This document shows positions 30,092-39,441 of a DNA stretch of 64,000 nt, in pieces (position 1 is the first letter of the stretch; the number at the start of each line of letters is the position of its first letter). The DNA is from an uncultured bacterium (GTDB lineage: Bacteria > Muiribacteriota > UBA6191). The translations under genes and the position numbers were made by a program. The notes beneath the pieces were generated by a model. That model did no database searches and was not told where the DNA came from. It was given only the letters and a program-made list of their open reading frames with translations. Location of the stretch: positions 22,695-86,694 of the forward strand of contig CAZIKF010000001.1 of the NCBI GenBank assembly GCA_964539825.1. Direction: 5' to 3'.

Positions 30092-30687
30092 TCCAAATCC
30101 ATTAATTGAAATTCAATGAACAACAAATCACGCATGGCTTCACTGGTGTGTCGATTTAAATCCAGCGACCCAACCCCCTCTAACAGCCTTCCCTCCTGAA
30201 ATCGAAAACTCTCTCGACTTATCTCCCCAAGGGCCAGTCGGCCGGCCAATCTTCGATATTCCTGTGCAAAACGTAAAGTAATTGCATAAATTCGCGGCTC
30301 GTATGAGGTTGAATCAAAATACCCTGAAAGTGATTTTCTCATCCTCTCGAATTCCCTGTTCAAAAGCCAGAGGTAATTCTTACGAACCCATGCCGTATTC
30401 TCAAACCGGGACGGTGAAACATGCATAGATGAGGAAAGAAATTGGAGTAAAGCATTTCCAAAATAAGAAAGTTCCAGATGATTCTTGAAGTCCTTAACGG
30501 AACTCTTAGTTACAAACTCAGTGTAAATCCTGCGTGATTTCTCAAGATAGAAGAGAACAAAAATTCGTTGAAAATTCTTGGACCGTGCTTCACGCATGGC
30601 TGCTTTTTGTAAAAAGCCCTCTGCCTGAATGCTACTGCCTAAGAGAAAGGCAAGCGCAATGAACCTCAACAGCCTGACATGCTTCAT
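30088..30687 (-). CDS. secreted hypothetical protein (199 aa) embedded in the dcw cluster
   Basis: Signal peptide MKHVRLLRFIALAFLLGSSIQA. Stop and start overlap with murC and murB. No recognisable motif. Confidence 0.5.
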   Translation of the reverse strand: MKHVRLLRFIALAFLLGSSIQAEGFLQKAAMREARSKNFQRIFVLFYLEKSRRIYTEFVTKSSVKDFKNHLELSYFGNALLQFLSSSMHVSPSRFENTAWVRKNYLWLLNREFERMRKSLSGYFDSTSYEPRIYAITLRFAQEYRRLAGRLALGEISRESFRFQEGRLLEGVGSLDLNRHTSEAMRDLLFIEFQLMDLE

Positions 30688-32060
30688 ACCACCAGGCTTG
30701 AACTCCCCATGCAGCGGCCTAACCGTGTCACATCTCCCGCTCCCATGGTAAGAAGCACATCTCCTGGGACAAGTTCCGCTCTAATCGCGGAGGAATATGA
30801 CTCCAAGGACCCCTCATCGAAAACATGAACCCGTGAACGGTCCATCAACAGATCATGATAGAGATTTCGAGTGGAAACGCCTGATATAGGGGTTTCCCCT
30901 GCCCCATACACGGGAAGTAGGTAAAGAAAATCGCATTCTTGAAAACAATCTCTGAATTCAGAACTTAAGGCATTGAGCCTTGAGTATCGGTGAGGTTGGA
31001 AACAAACTACTAGTTTTCCTGAACGTGTCTGCATCATGGCTCGAGCGGCAGCCAATGTGGAACGAACCTCGGTAGGATGGTGCGCATAATCATCGTAAAT
31101 AAGAATATCCTTGTCGTCGGATATTAATTCAAAGCGCCGCTGTACTCCCTGGAAATTCTCAAGTCCCAGTTTCAGATATTCTTTTTGAATTCCTAGTTGA
31201 TCGCAAAGAGCAATCGCTCCTGCGGCATTTAGCACATTGTGCTGACCAGGAATCTTCAGTAAAACACGAATCCAGGTGCCGCACTTTAGACAAATTTCAA
31301 AGGATGTCCGCAGCTTTTCCTGAACCACATTTCGAACTACATAGTCAGAATCAACGGAGAATCCATAATCAACGATCTTCTTAGGATATTTCTGTCTAAA
31401 TTCCTTCAGGTTGGGATCATTCCCACAAAGAACAACAAGAGAAGAAGTGTTCTCTATGAATTGAGAAAAGGCTCTCAAAACTGCACGAAAAGAGCCGTAA
31501 TAATCCAGGTGATCATTATCAATATTTGTGATAATTGAATACTTTGAAGGTAAAAATAGAAAGCTACCATCACTTTCATCCGCCTCCGCAACCAGGTATT
31601 GTCCGCTGCCGAATTTAGCGTTCCCCCCCACATGCGAAGCCTCTCCACCTACCACTGTTGAGGGGTCCAGGCCGGCCACCGTAAGGATTGAAGACACCAT
31701 AGTGGTAGTCGTAGTCTTCCCATGACATCCAGCCACGGCTATACCGTCCCTATCTTGCATAAACCAGCCGAGAACTTCGGCGCGTTTTTTAATCGGCAAG
31801 CCCAGCGCTTTGGCTACACCAAGTTCTTCATTGGATTCAGGAATCGCCGAAGAAACTACGAGAACTGTGTCCTCAGGCACGTTCTTAGAAGAATGGGGAT
31901 AATGAATGACTGCCCCTAAATCCTGAAGCCTGGAAGTATTTAAGGAACTTCTAAGATCGGAACCGGTTACCTGGTATCCCTCGGCCAAGCACATGTGCGC
32001 GAGACCACTCATGCCAGCACCACCGATACCTACGAAATGAAGTTTTTTTTGTCTCAGCAT
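30684..32060 (-). CDS. murC: UDP-N-acetylmuramate--L-alanine ligase
   Basis: N-terminal HFVGIGGAGMSGLA and Mur-ligase central P-loop AVAGCHGKTTTTTM. 458 aa. Confidence 0.9.
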   Translation of the reverse strand: MLRQKKLHFVGIGGAGMSGLAHMCLAEGYQVTGSDLRSSLNTSRLQDLGAVIHYPHSSKNVPEDTVLVVSSAIPESNEELGVAKALGLPIKKRAEVLGWFMQDRDGIAVAGCHGKTTTTTMVSSILTVAGLDPSTVVGGEASHVGGNAKFGSGQYLVAEADESDGSFLFLPSKYSIITNIDNDHLDYYGSFRAVLRAFSQFIENTSSLVVLCGNDPNLKEFRQKYPKKIVDYGFSVDSDYVVRNVVQEKLRTSFEICLKCGTWIRVLLKIPGQHNVLNAAGAIALCDQLGIQKEYLKLGLENFQGVQRRFELISDDKDILIYDDYAHHPTEVRSTLAAARAMMQTRSGKLVVCFQPHRYSRLNALSSEFRDCFQECDFLYLLPVYGAGETPISGVSTRNLYHDLLMDRSRVHVFDEGSLESYSSAIRAELVPGDVLLTMGAGDVTRLGRCMGSSSLVV

Positions 32061-32251
32061 GAATTACGTCTCGTGCCCCCGAATTTGGGGAATCAGGTGA
32101 GGACCTCATGATATCTACAATCTTTTGTACTTGGTCCACTGAGGGGATAATCGACTAAATTTGCACAAAAATTCACGAAATCGAATACTTTTTGAATGGT
32201 TAAAGTTGGGGGTAGTGTATCATTTCTGTTGAATTTTTCAAAAATCTTCTT

Positions 32252-33289
32252 TCAACAATTCAGAATCCTTTCCACAATCCGGGTTCGTACTTCATCCGGT
32301 TTTAGGATTGGGGGAAAAGCCTCACGCATGCGCTTAATCTCCGCTCCACTCCGAAGCAGAGGAGTGAGAAAGTCGTTACCGGAATCCAAATCAAGGTCGG
32401 TTTCCTCCTTCAGAAGACACGCTCCTGATTGGATTAATTCGCCAGCATTTAAATACTGTTGTCGATCTTGATGATGGGGGTAAGGAACCAGAACCGCCGG
32501 TATCCTAAATGTTTTTAACTCAGAGATTGTCCCTGCCCCCGCCCGTGTGAGCGCGAGGGTAGCCCGACGATACTGAAATTCCATATCATTGAGGTAATCA
32601 TAGACCTCTATTTTTCCCTCAAGTCGCCTTGAACGATATTGACTGAATTCGCCCCTGCCGGTGATCCAGACAACCAGAACCGGCAGTTCCTCCCCAAGCC
32701 TTCGTAACCAGTTATCTATGAAGCGATTAATAGAAGATGCTCCCTGACTCGCACCAAAAACTAGTAAACATTCGCCCTCATGCGTCGGCTCGATACACTT
32801 ATACGGCAAGGGATTGCCGGTACGAATCAAGTTTTTTAGACGGGGGATCCTCTCGGTACCCATCTCAGAAGTAAAAACTGCGCGTGCGAAGGGAGCAAAC
32901 CAACGATTTACCTTTCCACAAATCCGATTAGGTTCAAGGATAAATAGGGGAAGCCTCCACAAAACAGCGCAGATATAAACTGGAAAGGAGCCATATCCCC
33001 CAGTCCCAAGAACACTTCTGGGTCTATCTTTTAGAAAGATCAAACCTACTTGAAGAATGGAATAAAGGATCTTCCAAGCCACGAAAAGAGGACTGCCTGA
33101 AACTAGTTTTCCATAGCTGATTTTCTTGTATCTAAGACCCTTTTGGCTACAAAAATCGAGATCAAAGGAGTTGTTGGGTATCAGAAAGTAAGGAAGCCAG
33201 CCGCAACGCTCTAGCTCCTGGTAGACAGCGAGGTTAGGAACAAGATGACCACCCGTACCCCCACCGCAAAGACAGATGAAACGACTCAT
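32252..33289 (-). CDS. murG: undecaprenyldiphospho-muramoylpentapeptide beta-N-acetylglucosaminyltransferase
   Basis: GGTGGH motif at the N-terminus (CGGGTGGHLVPNLAV), GT28 architecture, 345 aa. Confidence 0.85.
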   Translation of the reverse strand: MSRFICLCGGGTGGHLVPNLAVYQELERCGWLPYFLIPNNSFDLDFCSQKGLRYKKISYGKLVSGSPLFVAWKILYSILQVGLIFLKDRPRSVLGTGGYGSFPVYICAVLWRLPLFILEPNRICGKVNRWFAPFARAVFTSEMGTERIPRLKNLIRTGNPLPYKCIEPTHEGECLLVFGASQGASSINRFIDNWLRRLGEELPVLVVWITGRGEFSQYRSRRLEGKIEVYDYLNDMEFQYRRATLALTRAGAGTISELKTFRIPAVLVPYPHHQDRQQYLNAGELIQSGACLLKEETDLDLDSGNDFLTPLLRSGAEIKRMREAFPPILKPDEVRTRIVERILNC

Positions 33290-34512
33290 CTGGAACTATC
33301 TACATACCGGGAAATATTGAGTAAAATCCCTACTCCCAATAAGTTTGTGATCATGGCGTTTCCACCATAACTCAGAAAGGGAAGGGGAAGCCCTGTCGGC
33401 GGCGCTAGACCCGCCACAACCATAAGGTTGAGCAGCACCTGTATCGTGATATATCCAGTCACGCCATAGGCTAACAGTTTGCCCGTGTAGTCAGGTGCCC
33501 GTAATGCAATCCTTATTCCCCGGAAAAGAAAAATCGAAAAGCCCAGAATAATGAGAAATGACCCTAGAAATCCAAATTCTTCCCCAAGAATCGCAAATAT
33601 GAAATCCGTATGCTCCTCCGGCAAATACAGATATTTCTGCCTAGATTGACCAAGCCCCAGACCAATAAAGCCGCCGCTACCAAGAGATATTTTGGATTGA
33701 ATCAATTGATAACCCGAACTAAGCTGATGATCCGCAGGATTAAGAAAGGCCACGACTCGTCTAAGCCGGTAAGGGGTCTTCCATATCTGGTATGCCAGGG
33801 TCAGGGTACTCAAAATAGCCACAATGAATACCACCTTAGGGCTTGAATATAGAGAGAAAATCATGAAAAACCCAATCAAGGCAATTAATAGCGCTGTGGA
33901 AAGATCGGGTTGAAACAAAACCAGGGCTGAAACGAAGGTTAAGAAAAGCAAATGGGGAAGAATTAGGTTACTAAATTTGTTTTTGACTCTCGATATCTGC
34001 GACAAAGAGCCTGCCAGAAAAAGGATATAAAATACTTTGAAATATTCGGAGGGCTGAATACGGAAGAAAAAGTCTATCCAGCGCTTGGACCCTCCTCCTT
34101 CCACTCCAACTCCAGGAACATAGACAAGGATCAATAAAGCAGTAAACAACAGACAAAGAGGAGCTGAGATCTTCACCAGTTTTCGGTAATCCAGGTATAC
34201 AAAAACAACCATCAAGAACAATCCGATTAAGATTCTCCAGGCTTGTTTCTTTACAAAAAAAACCGAGTCGTCGTACTTGTGCATGGAAACAACCGAAGAC
34301 GACGAATAAACCATGACCAACCCAATGGCCAGGAGAGACAGAGTCACAAAAAGCAATACCTGGTCAGGATACCTGGAACGTGGATCCACATGTCCGGGTC
34401 TCTTATAACGGATCTTTACAGGTGTTGCACAAATTCCTTGAATCTTCTCCCCCTTTCTTCGTATGACGGCAATTGATCTAGACTGGAAAACCCTGGACTC
34501 AAAAGAATACAA
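33286..34512 (-). CDS. ftsW: peptidoglycan glycosyltransferase FtsW (SEDS family)
   Basis: 408 aa polytopic protein with a SEDS-type C-terminal region (…PLPFLSYGGNAMITNLLGVGILLNISR). The annotated start overlaps the murD 3' end by 97 nt, so the true start may be a downstream alternative codon. Confidence 0.8.
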   Translation of the reverse strand: MYSFESRVFQSRSIAVIRRKGEKIQGICATPVKIRYKRPGHVDPRSRYPDQVLLFVTLSLLAIGLVMVYSSSSVVSMHKYDDSVFFVKKQAWRILIGLFLMVVFVYLDYRKLVKISAPLCLLFTALLILVYVPGVGVEGGGSKRWIDFFFRIQPSEYFKVFYILFLAGSLSQISRVKNKFSNLILPHLLFLTFVSALVLFQPDLSTALLIALIGFFMIFSLYSSPKVVFIVAILSTLTLAYQIWKTPYRLRRVVAFLNPADHQLSSGYQLIQSKISLGSGGFIGLGLGQSRQKYLYLPEEHTDFIFAILGEEFGFLGSFLIILGFSIFLFRGIRIALRAPDYTGKLLAYGVTGYITIQVLLNLMVVAGLAPPTGLPLPFLSYGGNAMITNLLGVGILLNISRYVDSSR

Positions 34513-35693
34513 TCTCCTTTATCAGGCTCTCTTTTGAGCTGTTCGAGAGTATCTTCGAAGCCATTTCGAGCTTCCACCTCAAAGCCCCTGGTTTGTAGAG
34601 TGGGGACATGTCGTACAAATTCACCATAGGCAAATATTTTGTGAATCTTAGCCCTACGAGATTCAAGTCCATCGAAGAGTGGGCTTAACTCCGCCCCTTT
34701 TTCCTTGCCCCCCATAATCAAGACAATCTTATCCCGCTTCACTCTATCTAGCGCAAAAAGGGTCGCCCCAGGGGTTGTAGCCTTGGAATCATTGACACAC
34801 AAAACCCCAAGCACTTCTTCTACTTCTTCAAGGCGATGCTCCAATCCCTGGAATGAAAACTCCAGGATTGGGTTCGGCTCTAATCCCAGTTTCTGCATTG
34901 CCATAAAACCAAGGAGAAATGAGGGTAAGAGCGAGTCATCCACGGAGGGCAAATTAACCTCTCCACCGGGATGGATAAAGCCTCTATCAACCAGAGTATA
35001 CCCGCAGCTCTCTTCACCGTAGGAGAATCTGGCTGCATTTTCGACGGAACTCTCCCAGTTGGAGGGCATAATTGCAGAGCCTCCCGGCTGAAGAAGGCTA
35101 AAAATTCGAGCTTTTGCTTCCCGATAAGATTTCAAGTCTCCATGCCAATCCAGGTGGTCAGGCTCAAAAGAAGTCAGAATAGCCAGGTCCAAGAAAGGCC
35201 TGTGAAGAGAACATAGTTGGAAACTTGAGAGCTCAAGGATGACAAAATCCACTTCTCTTTTCGTTGGCAAAAAAGAGCACAGGGGAGAGCCGTAATTCCC
35301 GGCTAAGACACATTCGTACCCGCTAGACTGAAGATAATCAAACAGCAGCTTGCATAGCGTGGATTTCCCATTGGTACCGGTCACTCCTATCATTTTTGAT
35401 GAAAAGAAGGGGGTGGAATATTCCAATTCATTGCAGATTTTACCCATTTTGTGTACATGGTGGGACTTTGGGACACCGGGGACACAATAGATCTCATCAA
35501 AGTCTTTTGTATCCAACTGATCAGAAGCTAGAATCTGGTTTGGGGGGAACTCTGCCAGTTCCTGAGGATTGTCTGAGGAAAGAAAAACTTCAACGTCCGA
35601 CTCTGCAAGGAGAGCATGATACAGGGGTAGATTGGACCTACCCAGACCAAAGAGAAGTACTCGCTTCATACCGGGATTCCGGACAGTATACAC
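34416..35693 (-). CDS. murD: UDP-N-acetylmuramoylalanine--D-glutamate ligase
   Basis: Mur ligase P-loop GVTGTNGKSTL, an N-terminal Rossmann-like segment (VLLFGLGRSNLPL), 425 aa. Confidence 0.85.
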   Translation of the reverse strand: MYTVRNPGMKRVLLFGLGRSNLPLYHALLAESDVEVFLSSDNPQELAEFPPNQILASDQLDTKDFDEIYCVPGVPKSHHVHKMGKICNELEYSTPFFSSKMIGVTGTNGKSTLCKLLFDYLQSSGYECVLAGNYGSPLCSFLPTKREVDFVILELSSFQLCSLHRPFLDLAILTSFEPDHLDWHGDLKSYREAKARIFSLLQPGGSAIMPSNWESSVENAARFSYGEESCGYTLVDRGFIHPGGEVNLPSVDDSLLPSFLLGFMAMQKLGLEPNPILEFSFQGLEHRLEEVEEVLGVLCVNDSKATTPGATLFALDRVKRDKIVLIMGGKEKGAELSPLFDGLESRRAKIHKIFAYGEFVRHVPTLQTRGFEVEARNGFEDTLEQLKREPDKGDCILLSPGFSSLDQLPSYEERGRRFKEFVQHL

Positions 35694-35746
35694 GATCTCC
35701 CATTAAATCAGACAAAAACTGTCTAATTCCCCTGGCTTTTGTCAAC

Positions 35747-36124
35747 TCATTGGGATCTGGGCTTAAGGTCTAGATGGCAGCGGGGACAACTCTCTTTGGT
35801 ATAAATACGACAGGTCTTACAACGCCAGCGATAAAATCGGCGCTTCGCCCAAAGATTCAGTGTTTTCCCAGACTCCTTCTTCTTTAAGTGAACCTTGCCG
35901 CTGCTTTCCTCAGCCAAAGAAGAACCTGGGTCTGATCGAAGGGCTGCAATTGATTTGGAAGGAATATAGGGCTGCCCCAGGAGCCATGACAATTGTTTTC
36001 GTATCCATTCAATCCTCGTCATTGTTGGGCTCACATTCTCCCTCTCAATCTCACCCTGCACTGCCCCTGAAGCGCTACTCAAACAAACAACCAAAAGAAT
36101 CCATCCAAAATGTTTCGTCTTCAC
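35747..36124 (-). CDS. small secreted protein with a C-terminal CxxC…CxxC zinc-ribbon-like motif (GTG start)
   Basis: Signal peptide (ILLVVCLSSASGA) and a C-terminal RWRCKTCRIYTKESCPRCH. Confidence 0.4.
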   Translation of the reverse strand: MKTKHFGWILLVVCLSSASGAVQGEIERENVSPTMTRIEWIRKQLSWLLGQPYIPSKSIAALRSDPGSSLAEESSGKVHLKKKESGKTLNLWAKRRFYRWRCKTCRIYTKESCPRCHLDLKPRSQ

Positions 36125-36159
36125 TTTGACTCCCTACTCCAAAAAATTATTCTAATCCA

Positions 36160-36322
36160 AATTCAGCACTCTTCATCACCCAAAATGAAATCTTCTGACC
36201 CATAAATGGTCCCGACCAGAATCTCGTGATTCCTGATCTCGGCTCGAATGAGCAGTGCATAGGCATGAACCAACAAGTGGGCAAATCACATGCGTCACGA
36301 TATAGGTTTCGGACCAATTGGA
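36160..36322. repeat. copy 2 of the intergenic element family (CCCAAAATGAAATC, GAATC-N4-GATTC palindrome, CATGAACCAACAAGTGGGCAAATCAC)
   Basis: An ~85-nt stretch aligns with 23826..23909, and a 17/17 identical core ATGAACCAACAAGTGGG is shared. Lies upstream of the minus-strand small Cys-rich gene and divergent from acyP. Confidence 0.6.
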
Positions 36323-36437
36323 ACCTCCCTTAACTCAAAGATAAAAGAGGAGTTCCTTGAAGTTGAAGAAGCTGGAACTTTACAAAAGAGCAAGATCGGT
36401 GGAAAATGGGGACTCTCTTCCTAAGTCCTAGAGAGCC

Positions 36438-36710
36438 ATGAAAAGGTGTATTTCATTTCGAGTCACAGGTCGGGTACAGGGAGTCGGTTACCGTTATTTT
36501 GCCTACCATCAAGCTTTAGAGCTAGGAATTTCGGGTGTTATTCGCAATGAAGCAGATGATTCCGTTACAGGAGAAGCCCAGGGATCCGTTGAAGCTCTGG
36601 AGGAGTTCTTGAGGAGACTAAATGCAGGGCCCTCCCTTTCTCGAGTCGACCTTGTTGAAAGCAGGGATTTACAGTCCGACATGGGGCCAGGTTTTCATAT
36701 CGAAACTTGA
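36438..36710 (+). CDS. acyP: acylphosphatase
   Basis: 90 aa with FRVTGRVQGVGYRYFA and GVIRNEADDSVTGEAQG, which are the acylphosphatase signatures. Confidence 0.8.
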   Translation: MKRCISFRVTGRVQGVGYRYFAYHQALELGISGVIRNEADDSVTGEAQGSVEALEEFLRRLNAGPSLSRVDLVESRDLQSDMGPGFHIET

Positions 36711-36731
36711 TTAAATTTGAGCTACTGAAGT

Positions 36732-37493
36732 ATGAGTGATCAAAAAGATAAATTGACACAACTAATTGAGGCCAAATCGGAGGCACTCTCTCACCGAAAA
36801 TCAGATTCCCCATTGGAGAAAATATTTCATCAGATCCAACCGGCCAAAACTGATTTATACCAAAAAATTCTAAGCTATAATGGCCTATCTCTAATTCTTG
36901 AAGCAGACCGACTGGTGATGGGAGATTGCCGAACCAAGGACTTCCCTCCCCTTGAGGCCCCCTGGTTCGCTGGTATTTCAGTTCAATACGGCGTTAACTT
37001 TCCAGCCTCTCCAGAGGATCTGAATGCTGCTTCGCCTGAATCATGGAGGCAACACGGCAAGATAATTTCGGATTTAATCATTGAACCTTATGAGATCTAT
37101 CACGCACGATATTGCGGATTCGATTGTATTACGATTTACATGGGATCCGTGACAGATTCAGAGTTGCTAACCTTGTTTTTATTGGGAAGGCAATTTTCTA
37201 TGTCTACCATTTTGGTGACCGGTAGCGAGAAGGAGCTGGACTCCGCCAATTCAACTCCAGCGCGCATGATAGCAATGCATGAACGTGACTCTTTTGGAAA
37301 CTGCCTGGATCTTGAAGAGATTTGTGAACTGGCTGAGGCAGTACCTGAACAAACTCTTCTTCTTACAAGGCTGGCATCCCCGTCACCAGAGAAATTGGAT
37401 ATGTTGAAGGAAGCCGAAATAAACGCCGTGATCCTGAGCCTTGAAGACTTCCACATGAACCAAAAAAAATTCCAAGAATTCTTTCCACTTTAG
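36732..37493 (+). CDS. TrpC-like (indole-3-glycerol-phosphate synthase family) TIM-barrel protein, apparently degenerate at catalytic positions
   Basis: Blocks align with IGPS (IIEPYEIYHARYCGFDCITIY versus IIDPYQIYLARYYQADACLL, and ILVTGSEKELDSA versus VLTEVSNEEEQERA). The IGPS Lys-containing motifs (KKASPSKG, CKDFII) are replaced (RKSDSPLE, ISDLII). No other trp genes nearby. Confidence 0.45.
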   Translation: MSDQKDKLTQLIEAKSEALSHRKSDSPLEKIFHQIQPAKTDLYQKILSYNGLSLILEADRLVMGDCRTKDFPPLEAPWFAGISVQYGVNFPASPEDLNAASPESWRQHGKIISDLIIEPYEIYHARYCGFDCITIYMGSVTDSELLTLFLLGRQFSMSTILVTGSEKELDSANSTPARMIAMHERDSFGNCLDLEEICELAEAVPEQTLLLTRLASPSPEKLDMLKEAEINAVILSLEDFHMNQKKFQEFFPL

Positions 37494-37539
37494 GTTTAGA
37501 AGGCAAAACTCGTCCGCAGGCCAGGATAATCGAAGATTC

Positions 37540-38541
37540 TTAAGGTAAGGGGTGGAATCCAATCGAATCCCTTAACTGCTCCAGAGTATTCTCTGCAAGT
37601 TTCCGTGCGGTTCGAGCCCCTTCGTTGAGAATATCCATGAGGTTGTCAGGATCTCTCATCAATTCCTCGTAGTGTTCTCTTACTGGCTTCAGAAAGTCAC
37701 TCACCACTCTGGCAGTTTCGATTTTGAGATGCCCATACTGCAATTGAGCGAATTCTGTTTGAGCTGCTGTAAAGGATTTTCCTGTGATAGAACAATAGAT
37801 GGTCAATAGGTTTGAAACTCCCGGCTTCGAAGCCGGATCATAACAAATCACAGTATCAGAATCCGTCACGGAGGATTTGAGTTTTTTTTCGATTTGCTTG
37901 GGTGAGTCTAAAAGCCATAGATTAGCTTTATCGTCCTCATCAGACTTGGACATTTTTTTAAGAGGATCCTGCAAGGACATAATCCTGGCCCCCAACTTAG
38001 GAATAAAAGGCTTGGGAATCTTAAAGAGTTCTTTCCTATAGTGACTGTTAAGCCTCTGTGCCAAATCTCTGGTAAGCTCCAAATGCTGCTTTTGATCTTC
38101 TCCTACAGGAACAAGATCTGTTTGGTACAACAAAATATCAGCAGCCATCAAAATGGGATAAGTAAGCAAACCTGCATTCAGATTCTTTGCATACTTTTCC
38201 GATTTTTCCTTGAATTGAGTCATTCTCTGCAATTCACCCAATCCCGTAAAACATCCCAACATCCAGGCTAATTCGGTGTGCTGATGAACATGAGATTGAA
38301 GAAAGAGGGAGCATCTTTTCGGATCAAGCCCACAGGCAATATATTGAGCTACAAAAGAAAGGCAGCGATTTCGAAACTGCTCGGGATCCTGTCTGACAGT
38401 GATTGCATGTAAATCCACCACCATGTACAGGCAGCTATATTCTTCCTGAAGCGCAACCCAATTTTTAACTGCCCCTATAAAGGTGCCTATATTTAGATTT
38501 CCCGTTGGCTGAATTCCGCTAAGAATGATTTTCTTGGACAT
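37540..38541 (-). CDS. trpS: tryptophan--tRNA ligase
   Basis: Class I motifs SGIQPTGNLNIGTFIGAV (HIGH region) and KMSKS. I use the ATG at 38541 (MSKKIILSGIQ…, preceded by AAGAAGGGA). The ORF-track start at 38601 adds 20 residues not seen in TrpS N-termini. Confidence 0.88.
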   Translation of the reverse strand: MSKKIILSGIQPTGNLNIGTFIGAVKNWVALQEEYSCLYMVVDLHAITVRQDPEQFRNRCLSFVAQYIACGLDPKRCSLFLQSHVHQHTELAWMLGCFTGLGELQRMTQFKEKSEKYAKNLNAGLLTYPILMAADILLYQTDLVPVGEDQKQHLELTRDLAQRLNSHYRKELFKIPKPFIPKLGARIMSLQDPLKKMSKSDEDDKANLWLLDSPKQIEKKLKSSVTDSDTVICYDPASKPGVSNLLTIYCSITGKSFTAAQTEFAQLQYGHLKIETARVVSDFLKPVREHYEELMRDPDNLMDILNEGARTARKLAENTLEQLRDSIGFHPLP

Positions 38542-38670
38542 TTTCAATCCCTTCTTTACTGCAAAATAAGTGACTTTTCCACTTACCTGGTCCAAACTCA
38601 ATAAGCCTCAACCGAAATGAGCCCGGAAATCCTAAAATTCTACTCTCGGCGAGAATCCGGACTAGGGAAT

Positions 38671-39441
38671 TCATGGGGAACATAAATAAGAACTACCCAA
38701 ACAAAAAACTTCTCCGAGACTTAGTTCGAATTCCCCAAATGAATCTTCCGCTGATTCCAACTTAACTCTGACCAGATCTTGGATTTTTCCGCAAATTCTA
38801 TTGGAAAACTCATGCGGAAAGGTACGATGGGATCGAATTCGATCCTCCAGCTCATGGAGCAATGGACGATGCACAGGAATCCTGACAAGATTAGTTCCAC
38901 TCCGATCAAATCCCGCTGTGATAGTGAGCCTCCACATATCTCGAAGACTCTTGGATGAATTCAAATCTTCAATCCTCAAGGCTGGTTCCAGGGAATAAGG
39001 CAACCAATCAGGCATAAATTCAGGGAGGTAGTAACGGATCAAAAGAGCCCCCTCTGGATGGAGATACAGCCTTGCCTTTCTTAATACCTCCAGTACGTCG
39101 CCATAGGTTGGCTTCGTAGCATCCCAGTAGAGAAAATGAAAAAAGCCTTCCGGAAATCCGAATTTTAGAAATTCACGACCAAAAACAAGGAATTGCGGCT
39201 CTTTCCTTCTAAGTTCGTGCAGAAGAGAAGGATCTTCTTCCATTCCATAAAACTCAATCAGTTTTGGAAAAGGGAAGGCTTCAGCCTGCTTCTTCAGCCA
39301 GCCTCCCTCTGAACATTGAATCTGTAATACCCTGATAGGCTTAAGAATACCAAGCCTTGAATACAACAATCCCTCCAGGTAGGGCTCCTGAAAAGGGAGG
39401 GAAATACCTCCCGGAATTCCAGGTACGGAGAGGTCAGGCAT
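38671..39441 (-). CDS. hypothetical protein with a weak class-I methyltransferase-like pattern
   Basis: Segments resembling MTase motif I (IRVLQIQCSEGGW) and the post-III motif (LHPEGALLIRY), but without the canonical GxGxG. Confidence 0.4.
   Translation of the reverse strand: MPDLSVPGIPGGISLPFQEPYLEGLLYSRLGILKPIRVLQIQCSEGGWLKKQAEAFPFPKLIEFYGMEEDPSLLHELRRKEPQFLVFGREFLKFGFPEGFFHFLYWDATKPTYGDVLEVLRKARLYLHPEGALLIRYYLPEFMPDWLPYSLEPALRIEDLNSSKSLRDMWRLTITAGFDRSGTNLVRIPVHRPLLHELEDRIRSHRTFPHEFSNRICGKIQDLVRVKLESAEDSFGEFELSLGEVFCLGSSYLCSP

Noticed and set aside
35396-35773. 125-aa plus-strand ORF
   Set aside because: Antisense to the N-terminal part of murD.
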